Positions 36,385 through 48,022 of a stretch of DNA of 64,000 bases are shown in pieces; position 1 is the stretch's first letter, and each line of letters opens with the position of its first letter. The stretch lies in contig CAWAYI010000005.1 of assembly GCA_963786245.1 (NCBI GenBank), forward strand, positions 462,840 through 526,839, in the 5' to 3' direction. The DNA is from an uncultured beta proteobacterium. Lineage in GTDB: Bacteria > Pseudomonadota > Gammaproteobacteria > Burkholderiales > Burkholderiaceae_C. Under the pieces are notes generated by a model, which saw only the letters and a program-made list of their open reading frames with translations, ran no database searches and was not told the origin of the DNA. A program made the position numbers and the translations under genes.

Positions 36385-38087
36385 CCGAGCATCGGCAGCT
36401 TCAGGCCGTTCTCGCGCGCGCAATCCCGGGCGCTCTCGTAGCCCGCGTCGGCGTGGCGCATGACGCCGGTGGCCGGGTCGTTGAAGAGGACGCGCCCGAG
36501 CTTTTCCGCGGCGTCGGACGTGCCGTCGGCGACGATCACCACGCCCGCATGCTGGGAATAGCCCATGCCGACGCCGCCGCCGTGGTGCAGGCTGACCCAG
36601 GTCGCGCCGCTCGCGGTGTTGAGCAGGGCGTTGAGCAGCGGCCAGTCGCTGACGGCGTCGCTGCCGTCCTTCATGCTTTCCGTCTCGCGGTTGGGCGAGG
36701 CGACCGAGCCGCTGTCCAGGTGGTCGCGGCCGATCACGATCGGCGCCTTGAGCTCGCCGCTTGCGACCATCTCGTTGAAGGCCAGGCCCGGCGCGGTGCC
36801 GCTCGCCCAGGCCGATCCAGCAGATGCGCGCGGGCAGGCCCTGGTAGCTGATGCGCTGCTCGGCCATGTCCAGCCACTGGTGCAGGTGCTTGTTCTGCGG
36901 GGAACAGTTCCTTCATCCTGGCGTCGGTCTTGCGGATGTCTTCCGGGTCGCCGGACAGCGCCACCCAGCGGAACGGGCCCGACGCCGCGGCAGAACAGCG
37001 GGCGGATGTAGGCCGGCACGAAGCCGGGGTAGTCGAACGCGTTGGCCACGCCGTAATCGTGCGCGACCTGGCGCAGGTTGTTGCCGTAGTCCACCGTGGG
37101 CACGCCCATGGCGTGGAACTCCAGCATCGCCTTCACATGCACCGCGCAGGATTCGCCGGCCGCCTGCGTCAGGCGCGCGTGCTGCGCCGGGTCTTTCTGC
37201 GCCGCCTGCCATTGGGCGACAGTCCAGCCGATGGGCAGGTAGCCGTTGATGATGTCGTGGGCGGACGTCTGGTCGGTCACGATGTCGGGCCTGATCCCCC
37301 CGGCACGGGCGCGACGCGCCAGCTCCGGCACGATCTCCGCCGCGTTGCCGCACAGGCCGATGGAAACCGCTTCCTTGCGCGAGGTGTGGTGCGCGATGAG
37401 CTGCAATGCTTCATCCAGGTCCCTGGCCTGCTTGTCCAGGTATCGGGTGCGCAGGCGGAAGTCGATGCGGCTTTGCTGGCATTCGATGTTCAGCGAGCAG
37501 GCGCCGGCGAAGGACGCGGCCAGCGGCTGGGCGCCGCCCATGCCGCCCAGCCCGGCGGTGAGCACCCAGCGGCCGGCCAGGTCGCCGTTGAAGTGCTGCC
37601 GGCCGGCCTCGACGAAAGTCTCGTACGTGCCCTGCACGATGCCCTGGGTGCCGATGTAGATCCAGCTGCCGGCCGTCATCTGGCCGAACATCATCAGGCC
37701 CGCGCGGTCCAGCTCGTTGAAATGCTCCCAGGTGGCCCACTTGGGCACGAGGTTGGAATTGGCGATCAGCACGCGTGGCGCGCCGGGGTGTGTCCGGAAC
37801 ACGCCGACCGGCTTGCCCGACTGCACCAGCAGCGTTTCGTCGGGCTGCAGTTTGCGCAGCGTTTCGAGGATGGCGTCGAAGCAGGGCCAGTTGCGCGCCG
37901 CCTTGCCGATGCCGCCGTACACGACCAGCTCATCCGGGTTCTCCGCGACGGCCGGGTCCAGGTTGTTCTGGATCATGCGGTACGCGGCTTCGATCTGCCA
38001 GTTGGCGCAGGCGAGCTGCGTGCCCCGCGGCGCGCTCACCGGACGCGCCTTGGCTGCAAGGAAGGGGGTTTGGGACAGGTCGGACAT
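36381..38087 (-). CDS. hutU: Urocanate hydratase (frameshifts within about 36790-36980)
   Basis: [54 protein letters not shown]. Confidence 0.95.
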   Translation of the reverse strand: MSDLSQTPFLAAKARPVSAPRGTQLACANWQIEAAYRMIQNNLDPAVAENPDELVVYGGIGKAARNWPCFDAILETLRKLQPDETLLVQSGKPVGVFRTHPGAPRVLIANSNLVPKWATWEHFNELDRAGLMMFGQMTAGSWIYIGTQGIVQGTYETFVEAGRQHFNGDLAGRWVLTAGLGGMGGAQPLAASFAGACSLNIECQQSRIDFRLRTRYLDKQARDLDEALQLIAHHTSRKEAVSIGLCGNAAEIVPELARRARAGGIRPDIVTDQTSAHDIINGYLPIGWTVAQWQAAQKDPAQHARLTQAAGESCAVHVKAMLEFHAMGVPTVDYGNNLRQVAHDYGVANAFDYPGFVPAYIRPLFCRGVGPVPLGGAVRRPGRHPQDRRQDEGTVPRRTSTCTSGWTWPSSASATRACPRASAGSAWASGTAPGLAFNEMVASGELKAPIVIGRDHLDSGSVASPNRETESMKDGSDAVSDWPLLNALLNTASGATWVSLHHGGGVGMGYSQHAGVVIVADGTSDAAEKLGRVLFNDPATGVMRHADAGYESARDCARENGLKLPMLG

Positions 38088-38116
38088 CGCTTGCTCCTTC
38101 GACGGGAGGGAATCCT

Positions 38117-38132
38117 AGTTGTCTATACAACT
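38117..38132. promoter_or_regulatory. HutC operator
   Basis: Near-perfect palindrome AGTTGTCTATACAACT between divergent hutU and hutC; matches the TTGTATAGACAA-type HutC box. Confidence 0.8.
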
Positions 38133-38158
38133 TGTGTCAACGGGGGTATCCTCGCGGC

Positions 38159-38870
38159 ATGGCGACGAACGATCTCCCTGCCTACGAGCAGGTCAAGGCC
38201 TGGGTCAGGCAGCACATCGGCAGCGGCGAGTGGCGCCCGGGCGACCCGGTGCCCAGCGAAGCGGCGCTGATGCAGCAGTTCGGCGTCAGCCGCATGACGG
38301 TCAATCGCGCCCTGCGCGAGCTGGCCGCCGAGGGGCTGGTCACGCGTGTGCAGGGCTCGGGCACCCGCGTGGCCCAGCTCCACCGGATTTCCTCGCGCCT
38401 CACGATCCGGGACATCCACGAGGAAGTGGCCGAACGCGGCCATGTCCACAGCGCGCGGGTGCTGCTGCGCGAAAAGGAAAAGGCCAAGTCGGGGCTCGCG
38501 CAGTCGCTCGGCCTGCGCACCGGCACGGCGGTCTTCCACACCGTGCTGGTCCATATGGAAAACGGCGTGCCCATCCAGTACGAGGACCGGTACGTCAACC
38601 CGGCGGCCGCGCCCCGGTACCTGGAAACCGACTTCACGCTCACCTCGCCGACGCTGCACCTGTTGCAGAATGCGCCGCTGACCGAGGCCAGCTACTCGAT
38701 CGAAGCCTGCCTGCCGTCGGCACCGCGAGGCCAAGGCGCTGGCGATCAAGACGGGCGAGCCCTGCCTGGTGATGATGCGCCGCACGGTCAGCGGTGCCCA
38801 TGTCGCCAGCGTTGCCCGGCTCGTCTACCCCGGAACGCGCTACAGTTTCGCAGGACAGTTCCAGGCATGA
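38159..38870 (+). CDS. hutC: Histidine utilization repressor (GntR/UTRA; frameshift near 38722)
   Basis: PSEAALMQQFGVSRMTVNRAL, RVQGSGT, PIQYEDRYVNP. Confidence 0.9.
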
Positions 38871-38874
38871 AATC

Positions 38875-39429
38875 ATGAGTTGGCACCACATCGCGCTGAA
38901 CGACATCAAGCCCACCCCCTGGCGCAACGGCCTCGGGATGACCCGCGAGCTGGTCGTCTTTCCTGTGCGCGAGCACTGGCACTGGCGGCTGTCGGTGGCG
39001 GAAATCACCCACGACGGACCCTTTTCGCGCTTCGAGGGCGTGCAGCGGTGGTTCACCGTGCTGTCGGGCGCAGGGGTGCGGCTGGTGATCGACGGCGTGC
39101 CCCGGACCCTGGCAAACGGCTCCGAGCCCATTGCGTTCGACGGCGACGCCGACACGCAATGCGAGCTGGTCGCCGGGCCGACGGTGGACTTCAACCTGAT
39201 GGTGCAGCATGGCCGGGGAAGCATGAAGCGTGTGTTCGGCGCCGCGGCGCAGGCGGTGTCGTCGGGCAGCGCGATCGCCTTGTGGTCGGGCGCCGCGCCC
39301 GCGCGGGTCACTTTCGAGGGCCAGTCGGTCGAATTGCCGCCCCAGACCCTGGCCTGGCGGCACCTCGATCTCGGCGGCCGGGTCGAGGTCGACGCCGCCG
39401 ACGGCTTGTGGGTGGAGATCGCGCCGTGA
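38875..39429 (+). CDS. hutD: HutD family protein
   Basis: [32 protein letters not shown]. Confidence 0.88.
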   Translation: MSWHHIALNDIKPTPWRNGLGMTRELVVFPVREHWHWRLSVAEITHDGPFSRFEGVQRWFTVLSGAGVRLVIDGVPRTLANGSEPIAFDGDADTQCELVAGPTVDFNLMVQHGRGSMKRVFGAAAQAVSSGSAIALWSGAAPARVTFEGQSVELPPQTLAWRHLDLGGRVEVDAADGLWVEIAP

Positions 39430-40640
39430 GCCTGGCGTTGTGGACGGGCTGCCGTGCCGCCACGATGCAGCCCGGCGCTGGCGTGCCCTACGGCCTCGTC
39501 GAGGATGCAGCCATCGCCGTGGAGGGCGAGCGCATCGCGTGGGTCGGTCCGCGCGGCGAGCTGCCGAAAGCGCTGGCAGACCGCTGCACGCAGCAGCACG
39601 ACGCCGGGGGCGCCCTGGTCACGCCCGGTCTCATCGACTGCCACACGCACCTGGTGTACGGCGGCGACCGGGCCCACGAATTCGAATTGCGCCTGGGCGG
39701 CGCCAGCTATGAGGACATCGCACGTGCGGGCGGGGGCATCGCCTCCACTGTCCAGGCGACGCGCGCCGCCACCGGGGAGCAGCTGCAGGCCCAGAGCCTG
39801 CCGCGGCTGCGCGCGCTGGCCGGCGAGGGCGTGACCACGGTGGAAATCAAGTCGGGCTATGGCCTGTCGCTGGAGCACGAAGCCAAGAGCCTGCGCGTGG
39901 CCCGTTGGCTCGGGCAGCAGATGCCGGTGGATGTGCGCACGACTTTCCTGGGGGCGCATGCCTTGCCGCCGGAATTCGCCGGCCGCGCCGACGCCTACGT
40001 CGACGAGGTGCTGCGCATGTTGCCGGTGTTGCACGGGCAAGGCCTCGTCGATGCGGTGGACGCCTTCTGCGAGCGCATCGCCTTCAGCCCGGCCCAGACG
40101 GATCGCGTGTTCCGGGCCGCGCGCGAACTCGGCTTGCCGGTGAAGCTGCATGCCGAGCAGCTCAGCGACAGCGGCGGCGCGGAACTGGCCGCGCGCCATG
40201 GCGCGCTCAGCTGCGACCACCTGGAATGGCTGGGCGAAGCGGGCGCCGCGGCAATGGCACGCGCCGGTTCGGTGGCCGTGTTGCTGCCTGGCGCCTTCTA
40301 CTTCCTGCGCGAAACGCGCCTGCCACCGGTGGACCTGCTGCGCCGTCACGGGGTGCCGATGGCGGTGTCCACGGATTGCAACCCCGGCAGCTCGCCTTGC
40401 ACGTCGCTGCTGCTGATGCTCAACATGGCCTGCACCCTGTTCCGGCTGACGCCGCAAGAGGCGCTGTCCGGCGTGACCCGCGAGGCTGCGCGCGCCCTGG
40501 GCCTCGCCGACCGCGGCGTGCTGGCGGCGGGACTGCGCGCCGACTTCGTGCTGTGGGACGTGCAGCTTCCCGCCCAGCTGAGTTACGCGATGGGCTTCAA
40601 CCCACACCTTCGTACCGTGTTCAAGGGGCGCCCCCTGTGA
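39426..40640 (+). CDS. hutI: Imidazolonepropionase
   Basis: [39 protein letters not shown]; GTG start overlapping the hutD stop. Confidence 0.94.
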   Translation: MSLALWTGCRAATMQPGAGVPYGLVEDAAIAVEGERIAWVGPRGELPKALADRCTQQHDAGGALVTPGLIDCHTHLVYGGDRAHEFELRLGGASYEDIARAGGGIASTVQATRAATGEQLQAQSLPRLRALAGEGVTTVEIKSGYGLSLEHEAKSLRVARWLGQQMPVDVRTTFLGAHALPPEFAGRADAYVDEVLRMLPVLHGQGLVDAVDAFCERIAFSPAQTDRVFRAARELGLPVKLHAEQLSDSGGAELAARHGALSCDHLEWLGEAGAAAMARAGSVAVLLPGAFYFLRETRLPPVDLLRRHGVPMAVSTDCNPGSSPCTSLLLMLNMACTLFRLTPQEALSGVTREAARALGLADRGVLAAGLRADFVLWDVQLPAQLSYAMGFNPHLRTVFKGRPL

Positions 40641-41438
40641 CCTACCTGCTGAACACGGGCACCGCCCCGTTGCTGGTGAGCATGCCGCACATCGGCACCG
40701 ACGTTCCCGAGGACCTGCGGGACGACTACGTGCCGCGGGCCCTGGCCGTGGAGGACACCGACTGGCACCTCGTGCGCCTCTACAACTGCCTGCCGGCGCT
40801 GGGGGCATCGGTGCTGCGGCCGCGCTACTCGCGCTACCTCATCGACCTGAACCGCCCGCCCGACGACGCGCCGATGTACCCGGGCGCGTCCAACACCGAG
40901 CTGTGCCCGACGCGCTTTTTCACCGGCGACCCCCTGTACCGCGAGGGACTCGCGCCGACCCCCAAGGCGCGCGAGCGGCGGCGCAACCTGTATTGGCGCC
41001 CCTACCACGAGGCCTTGCGCGAGGAGATCGAGAGGATCAAGGCGGAACACGGCTTCGTGCTGCTGTGGGACGCGCACAGCATCCGCTCGCAGATTCCCTG
41101 GCTGTTCGAAGGCGTGCTGCCCGACCTGAACATCGGCACCGCCGGCGGCGCCAGCGCGCATGAGTCGATTGCCACGGCGGTCGCTGGCCGCGGCGGCCCG
41201 CTACGGTGACGTCAGCCACGTGCTCAACGGCCGCTTCAAGGGCGGCTACATCACGCGGCACTACGGCAACCCGGACGAGAACGTGCACGCGGTGCAGCTC
41301 GAGATGTGCCAGAGCCTGTACATGAGCGAGCAGCCGCCCTATGCCTACGACAAGGCGCTGGCCGCGGGCGTGCAGCCGGTCCTGCGCGACATGATGAGCG
41401 CGGCGCTCACCGCCTGCAAGGCGCTGTATGGCCGCTGA
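40637..41438 (+). CDS. hutG: N-formylglutamate deformylase (frameshift near 41185)
   Basis: [46 protein letters not shown]. Confidence 0.9.
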
Positions 41439-42802
41439 CGCGCATCGCTATCTCGCGCCCGCGGCCTGGGTCAACGGCGCTTGGGCGCAGGACGTGCTCA
41501 TGTCGGTGGGGGCGGACGGCCGTTGGACGCAATTGGTGCCTGGCGCGCCGGCGCAGGACCAGCGGGGAGCGGAGCGCCTGGCGGGGCCGGTCTTGCCGGG
41601 CCTGGTCAACGGCCACAGCCATGCCTTCCAGCGCGCCATCGCGGGGCTGGCCGAGCGCAGCGCGAGCGAGCAGGACGACTTCTGGAGCTGGCGCGAGCGC
41701 ATGTACAGCGCGGCCAACCGCATCACGCCGCGGCAGCTGGAAGCCATCGCGGCCTTTCTCTATTCGGAATTGCTGCGCGCGGGCTACACGCAGGTCTGCG
41801 AATTCCATTACCTGCACAACGACGCCGGGGGCAAACCCTTCGCCGACCCGGCCGAAATGTCGCTGGCACTGCTGCGCGCGGCGCGGGCGGCGGGCATCGG
41901 GCTGACGCTGCTGCCGGCGCTGTACATGCGTTCGGGGTTCACGGCTTCGGGCCTGCGCGAAGACCAGCAGCGATTCGCGTCGACGCCCGAATCCGTGCTG
42001 CGGATCGCGCAATCGTTCTTGCGGCAGGCCGCGGGCGATGTCCGCGTCAATGCGGGCGTGGCCCTGCATTCGCTGCGCGCGGTGGACGAAGGGGCGCTGC
42101 TGGAGACGGTGGCCGCAACCGGTGAGGGCATGCCAGTGCACATCCATATCGCCGAGCAGCAGCTGCGAGGTGGACGACTGCATCGCCCGGCACGGCCGGC
42201 GGCCGATCGAATGGCTGCTGGACAAGGCGCGAATCGACCATCGCTGGAACCTGGTCCATGCCACCCAATCCGCGACCGCGGAGCTGGAAGGCGTGCGCGG
42301 CTCCCGGGCGTCCATCGTCGTCTGCCCCAGCACGGAAGCGAACCTGGGCGACGGCGTTTTCGACCTCGCGGGCTGGATGGGGCAGAGCGGCAGCTGGTCC
42401 ATCGGCTCGGACAGCCATGTCACGCGCAGCTGGCGCGAAGAGCTTCGCCTGCTGGAGTATTCGCAGCGGCTGGTGCGGCGCCAGCGCAACGTGGCGGCGC
42501 GCGCCGCCTTGTGCGAAAGCAGCGCGGCCGCGTTGTTCCAGGGCGCGCTGGAAGGTGGCAGCGCCGCCGCGGGCCTGCCGCTGGCGGGCCTGTCGGTGGG
42601 CCAGCGCGCCGACTTCCTCGTCGTCGATACCGAATCGTCGGCCTTGCTGGGCGTTCCGCCCGGCCATCTCCTCGACGCGCTGGTGTTCTCCAGCCCCGAG
42701 GGCGGCTTCAGCGATGTGTTCGTGGCCGGGCAGCGGGTGCCCGCACCGGACGCCGGCATCCGCGCCGCCTTTGTGCAGGCGATGCGTGAACTGTGGTCCT
42801 GA
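41428..42802 (+). CDS. hutF: Formiminoglutamate deiminase (frameshift near 42165)
   Basis: NGHSHAFQR, FWSWRE, EFHYLH, HSLRAV, HIHIAEQ, TEANLGDG, GSDSH. Confidence 0.92.
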
Positions 42803-42808
42803 TGCGGG

Positions 42809-43669
42809 TCAGAGCGCGTTGACCGGAATCTTCAGGTAGCTCACTCCGTTGCCCTCGGGCTCCGGCAACGCGCCGCCGCGGATGTTCACCTGGATCGCAG
42901 GCAGGATCAGCGTGGGCATGTCCAGCGTGGCGTCGCGCCCCTGGCGCATGGCGACGAATTCGGCTTCGCTCACGCCGTCGTGCACGTGGACGTTGCGCTC
43001 GCGCTGGTCGGCGACCGTGCATTGCCACTGGGGGTCGCGCCCTTCGGGCGGGTAGTCGTGGCACATGAACAGGCGCGTTGGCGGCGGCAGCGCCAGCAGC
43101 TTGCGCATGGAGCGGTACAGCGTCGCGGCATCGCCGCCGGGGAAGTCGCAGCGCGCCGTGCCCACGTCCGGCATGAAGAGCGTGTCGCCGACGAACACGG
43201 CGTCGCCGACCTGGTAGGCCATGCACGCGGGCGTGTGGCCCGGCGTCGCGATGGCCCGGGCCTGGAGCGCCCCGATCGCGAACGTTTCGCCGTCGCCCAG
43301 CAGGCGGTCGAACTGCGCGCCATCGGTGCGAAAGGCGTCGTCGAGGTTGAAGATCCCCTTGAAGACGGCCTGCACCTTGGTGATGGACCGCCCGATCGCG
43401 ATTTGCCCGCCCAGCAGGCCCTGGAGGTAGCGCGCCGCGCTCAGGTGGTCGGCATGCGCGTGGGTCTCCAGGATCCATTGCAGCTGCAGGCCCTGTTGGC
43501 GCACGAAGGCGACGAGGCGGTCGGCGGAGACGTGAAGGGTACGCCCGGCCTTCGGGTCGTAGTCGAGCACCGGGTCGACGATCGCGCACGCCGTGCCCTG
43601 CTTCTCGTACACCACATGGCTCACGGTCCAGGTGGCCGGGTCGAAGAAAGACTGGACGACGGGGTTCAT
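42809..43669 (-). CDS. MBL-fold persulfide dioxygenase (Blh/Pdo/ETHE1-like)
   Basis: ILETHAHADH, TPGHTPAC, GDTLFMPDVGTARCDFPGG, MCHDY. Confidence 0.9.
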   Translation of the reverse strand: MNPVVQSFFDPATWTVSHVVYEKQGTACAIVDPVLDYDPKAGRTLHVSADRLVAFVRQQGLQLQWILETHAHADHLSAARYLQGLLGGQIAIGRSITKVQAVFKGIFNLDDAFRTDGAQFDRLLGDGETFAIGALQARAIATPGHTPACMAYQVGDAVFVGDTLFMPDVGTARCDFPGGDAATLYRSMRKLLALPPPTRLFMCHDYPPEGRDPQWQCTVADQRERNVHVHDGVSEAEFVAMRQGRDATLDMPTLILPAIQVNIRGGALPEPEGNGVSYLKIPVNAL

Positions 43670-43775
43670 GCGGGGCGGGTCTCGGGTTTCACGGATGGAA
43701 GACAGTCTATCGACTGATATTTTATACTTTGAAAATCTGTGAGAGACTTTGGCCTGGATCAAACCGGAGCGCCAG

Positions 43776-44114
43776 ATGCCGGACGAGGCACCGATCGATT
43801 TGGACAGCATGCGCGAAGCGGCGCAGACGGCGTGCGCCTTGATGAAGGTGCTGTCCAACCCCGACCGCCTCCTGCTGTTGTGCGAGCTCGCCGCGGGCGA
43901 GAGGAACGTCGGCGAGCTGGAGGAGGGCCTGGGGATCCTGCAGCCCACGCTGTCGCAGCAACTCACCGTGTTGCGCAACGAGGAACTGGTGAGCACCCGC
44001 CGCGAAGGCAAGAACATCTACTACAGCATGGCCAGCCCGCATGCGCTCGCCGTCATGGAAGTGCTGTACACCCAATTCTGCAAACCGCCGAGGCCGGGGA
44101 GGGCCCGCAAATGA
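43776..44114 (+). CDS. ArsR/SmtB regulator, BigR-like
   Basis: LKVL-type helix MKVLSNPDRLLLLC, QPTLSQQL, C-terminal YTQFC (two sensor Cys positions). Confidence 0.85.
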   Translation: MPDEAPIDLDSMREAAQTACALMKVLSNPDRLLLLCELAAGERNVGELEEGLGILQPTLSQQLTVLRNEELVSTRREGKNIYYSMASPHALAVMEVLYTQFCKPPRPGRARK

Positions 44115-44542
44115 ACATCGACTGGAACCACTTCACGCCCTGGGCCTCGCTGGCGGGGGGCATCCTGCTCGGGGTGGCCGCGGCCATGTTCGTCCTGCTC
44201 AACGGGCGCGTCCTGGGCATCAGCGGCATCCTCGGCGGGCTGGTCAAGCCGCGGGCGGGCGACGCCGGCTGGCGCATCGCGTTCATCGCCGGCCTCGTCG
44301 CCGCACCGGCGCTGTGGCGGCTGTTCGCACCGCTGCCGGTGCCCCGCGTCGACGCCAGCCTGGCCGTGCTGGCGATCTCCGGCCTGCTGGTCGGATGGGG
44401 GACCCGCTACGGCTCCGGCTGCACCAGCGGCCACGGCGTGTGCGGGCTGGCGCGGATGTCGCCGCGTTCGCTGGCCGCGACGATGGCGTTCATGGGCGCC
44501 GGATTCGCCACCGTCTACGTGGCGCGCCACCTTCTTGCCTGA
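44111..44542 (+). CDS. YeeE/YedE sulfur transporter subunit
   Basis: [20 protein letters not shown]. Confidence 0.88.
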   Translation: MNIDWNHFTPWASLAGGILLGVAAAMFVLLNGRVLGISGILGGLVKPRAGDAGWRIAFIAGLVAAPALWRLFAPLPVPRVDASLAVLAISGLLVGWGTRYGSGCTSGHGVCGLARMSPRSLAATMAFMGAGFATVYVARHLLA

Positions 44543-44552
44543 GGAGCACAGC

Positions 44553-44987
44553 ATGAACCGCTTGATCGAATTTCTCGTCGGCCTGGTGTTCGGGGCCGGG
44601 CTGCTCCTGTCGGGCATGACGGATCCCGGCAAGGTGATCGGCTTCCTCGACGTGGCCGGGGCCTGGGACCCGTCGCTCGCATTCGTCATGGGCGGGGCCG
44701 TGATGGTGGGCCTGTTTGCCTTCGCGGTGGCGCGCAAGCGCACCGTCAATTTCCTGGGGGGCGCGATGCACCTGCCGAACAGCGACGACGTCGACCGGCG
44801 CCTGCTGATCGGCAGCCTCGTGTTCGGCGTGGGCTGGGGGCTCGCCGGCTTCTGCCCGGGTCCGGCGGTGGTGGCCATGGGCGCCGGCGTGTGGCAGGGC
44901 CTCGTCTTCACGCTGGCCATGGTCGCCGGCATGATCGTGCACGAATTGAGCTCGCAGCCCGCGCTCGACGGCACCGTGCTGGAATAG
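44553..44987 (+). CDS. YeeE/YedE-like second subunit
   Basis: SGMTDPGKVIGFLD, WDPSL, FGVGWGLAGFCPGP. Confidence 0.88.
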   Translation: MNRLIEFLVGLVFGAGLLLSGMTDPGKVIGFLDVAGAWDPSLAFVMGGAVMVGLFAFAVARKRTVNFLGGAMHLPNSDDVDRRLLIGSLVFGVGWGLAGFCPGPAVVAMGAGVWQGLVFTLAMVAGMIVHELSSQPALDGTVLE

Positions 44988-44990
44988 CGC

Positions 44991-45800
44991 ATGTCGGCGG
45001 ACTGGCTGGCGCCCGCATTCGGAGTGATCGTCGGTGTGGTGCTGGCCCTCACGGGGGCGGGCGGCGCCATCATCGGCGTTCCGTTACTGGTGTTCGGGCT
45101 GCACCTGAGCCTGGCCGAGGCGGGGCCGGTGGGCTTGCTCGCGGTGATGCTGGCTTCGTCGCTCGGTGCGCTGCTGGGCCTGCGCACGCGCACCTTGCGC
45201 TACAAGGCTGCGGGCCTGATGGCGCTGGCCGGCGCCGTCGCCAGCCCGTTCGGGCTGTGGCTGGCGCACCGCGTGCCCGACCGTCCGTTGAGCGCTGCGT
45301 TCGCGCTGGTGCTGGTGGCCGTGGCGTCCCGCATGCTGCTGCAAGCCTCGCGGGACCTGGCGGGCGTCGCGCCGCCTCCCGCCAGGTCCCCGCCCTGCCG
45401 GCTCGACCCGATGATCGGCAGGTTGCACTGGAACTGGGCCTGCGCGTGGACGCTGGTGATGGCCGGCGGCATGGCCGGGTTCCTCTCGGGCCTGCTCGGC
45501 GTGGGCGGCGGCTTCATCATGGTGCCGACCTTATTGGCCATGAGCGACCTGCCGATGAAAGCCGTGGTGGCCACTTCCATGGGGGTCGTTGCCCTGGTGT
45601 CCGCGGTCGGCGTGGTCAATGCCGGCATCGCGGGCCACATGCCATGGGCCGTCGCCTGGCCGTTCGCAGCGGGCGCCCTGGCGGGGTTGCTGGGCGGCCG
45701 GTGGTTCGCCAACCGGCTCGCCGGCCCGCGATTGCAGCAGGGCTTTGCCGTGCTGTCGCTGGGGATCGCGGCGAGCCTGCTGGTGCGCGCCGCAGCCTGA
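44991..45800 (+). CDS. TauE/SafE sulfite exporter
   Basis: LTGAGGAIIGVP and LLGVGGGFIMVP internal repeats. Confidence 0.87.
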   Translation: MSADWLAPAFGVIVGVVLALTGAGGAIIGVPLLVFGLHLSLAEAGPVGLLAVMLASSLGALLGLRTRTLRYKAAGLMALAGAVASPFGLWLAHRVPDRPLSAAFALVLVAVASRMLLQASRDLAGVAPPPARSPPCRLDPMIGRLHWNWACAWTLVMAGGMAGFLSGLLGVGGGFIMVPTLLAMSDLPMKAVVATSMGVVALVSAVGVVNAGIAGHMPWAVAWPFAAGALAGLLGGRWFANRLAGPRLQQGFAVLSLGIAASLLVRAAA

Positions 45801-45804
45801 GGGG

Positions 45805-46638
45805 CTATCCCGGCCGGGCCTGGAACCGGCTGGGCGGCTCGCCCATGGCGGCCTTGAACATCGCGGTGAACGCGCTGTCGCTGGCATAGCCGCTGGACGC
45901 GGCGACGTGGCTCACCGGCATGCCACGCGCGAGCATCGGCAGCGCGTGGGCCAGGATCGCCTGCTGGCGCCATTGCTGGTAACCCGTGCGCAGTTCCTCG
46001 CGAAAGAGCCGCGCCATCGTGCGCTCGCTCGCGCCGACCTCCGCCGCCCATTCGGCCAGCGTCGCGCGCTGCGACGGCGCGCGCAGCACGGCCTCGCACA
46101 ATGCGCGCAGCCGCTTGTCGCCGGCTTGCGCGTGCGGCAGGGGGACGCCCAGCGCCTGGATGTCCGCGTGCGTGATCTCGTCGAGCACGAGCCGGGTGAG
46201 CGACTCCTCGCGCACCCGGGCAATGGCGCGGCCCGGTGCGTCGAGCGCCTGCACCAACTCGCGCAATAGCGGCGACACGACGATCACGCGGCAGCGGCTC
46301 CAGCCGGGCGGCGTGACCGAAGCGTCGATGTAGAGCGTGCGGAACTGGGCGTCCTCCAGCACGTGGACGGCATGGCGCGCGCCGGGCGCGATCCAGACCG
46401 CGCGTGACGGCGGCACGATGAAGGTGACTTCGTCGCCGGTTCCGGCGTGCTGCTCGGCGGTGACCTGCACGATGCCGGTGGAGCAATAGGCCAGCTGGGA
46501 CCAGGCGTGGTGGTGGGGCTCGAAGTGGCTGTCGGCGGCGAGCGTGCGTGCGCGCACGCGCACCGGCCGCTGCCGGCTCGGGCGGAACGCGTCGGTGTCG
46601 CCGACCGGCGTGATGCTGGAAACGGTGCGCTGCCCCAT
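45805..46638 (-). CDS. AraC-family regulator with cupin domain
   Basis: PHHHAWSQL, AVWIAPG, SERTMARLF, GYASDSAFTAMFK. Confidence 0.9.
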   Translation of the reverse strand: MGQRTVSSITPVGDTDAFRPSRQRPVRVRARTLAADSHFEPHHHAWSQLAYCSTGIVQVTAEQHAGTGDEVTFIVPPSRAVWIAPGARHAVHVLEDAQFRTLYIDASVTPPGWSRCRVIVVSPLLRELVQALDAPGRAIARVREESLTRLVLDEITHADIQALGVPLPHAQAGDKRLRALCEAVLRAPSQRATLAEWAAEVGASERTMARLFREELRTGYQQWRQQAILAHALPMLARGMPVSHVAASSGYASDSAFTAMFKAAMGEPPSRFQARPG

Positions 46639-46721
46639 GGAAAATCCTTTTGGCGGATTCTCGCTGAAAGCTGTCGTTCTGTCGCATTTCAGAAATCCCG
46701 GGCCCCACTAGCATCGGGGCC

Positions 46722-47965
46722 ATGAGCACAATGACCGCGGATGCTGCCCTGCAGCCTGCCCCCCTGAGGCAGGACGCGGGCGTGATCGGCCTGGTCGGGC
46801 TGGCGCACATGATCAGCCACTTCAGCCAGCTGCTGCTGGCGCCGCTGTTTCCCTGGCTGAAGGACGCCTTCCATGCCAGCTACACCGAGCTGGGCTTCCT
46901 GATGACGATCTTCTTCGTCGTCTCCTGCGCGGTGCAGACGGCCGTCGGGCTTCCTGGTGGACCGTTACGGCCCGCGGCCCATCCTGTTCGGCGGGCTGGG
47001 CCTGGTGGGCGCGGCGGCGTTCGGGTTCGCCTTCAGCCCCGAGCTACTGGACGATGGCGTTGTGCTCCGTGGTGGCCGGCGTCGGCAACGGCGTGTTCCA
47101 TCCGGTCGACTACACGCTGATCAACCGCAAGGTCAGCCCGCCGCGGCTGGGCCACGCCTACAGCTTCCACGGCATCACCGGCAGCCTGGGCTGGGCCCTG
47201 GCGCCGGCGGTGCTGGTGCCGCTGGCGATCGCCTTCTCGTGGCGCGTCGCGCTGATGGGGGCCGGCACGCTGGCGTTCACGGTGCTGGCGGTGATGTGGC
47301 TGCAACCGCGGCAGGCTCGCGTTGCCGGCTGCCGCGCCGCAGCATGAAGCCGCCGGCAGGCCGAGGGCGATTTCGACTTCCTGCGCATTCCCGCGGTGTG
47401 GATGTGCTTCGGGTTCTTCTTCTTCTACGCCGTGGTGCTCAGCGTGATCCAGGCCTTCGCACCGGAAGCGGCGCGGCAACTGCACGGCGTGCCGGTCGCG
47501 CTGGCCGCGATGTGCCTGACGGTCTACATGGTGTGCAGCGCCGGCGGCATGGTGCTGGGCGGCTTCCTGGCCTCCGACCCGGCGCGCTGCGAGCGCGTCG
47601 TCGGCGCGGGCTTCGGGCTGGCCGCGGCTGTCGCGCTGGTGATCGGCGCTGGCGCCGGTGCCGGCGCTGGCGGTGCCTGCGCTGTTCGGCGCGATGGGCT
47701 TCGCCAGCGGCATCGCCGGGCCCGTCGCGCGACCTGCTGGTCAAGAAGCTCGACGCCCGAGAACGCCACCGGCCGCGTCTACGGCGTCGTCTATTCGGGC
47801 CTGGACATCGGCCAGGCGCTGTCGCCGCTGGTCTTCGGCGCGCTGATGGACCACCAGCAGTACCGGGGCGTCTGGCTCGGGCTGGTGTTCATGCAGGCGG
47901 TGCTGATCACCAGCGCTTTCAACGTGCGGCGGGTGCGGCGCACGGCGCTGGCGGCCGCCGCCTGA
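46722..47965 (+). CDS. MFS transporter, Fsr-like (several frameshifts)
   Basis: AHMISHF, VDRYG, GVGNGVFHP, GRVYGVVYSGLD. Confidence 0.82.
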
Positions 47966-48022
47966 GCCCCGTCGTCCCGGGCCTGCACGGCCCGACGGTT
48001 CCCCGGGGTTATCCTTGCGCCC

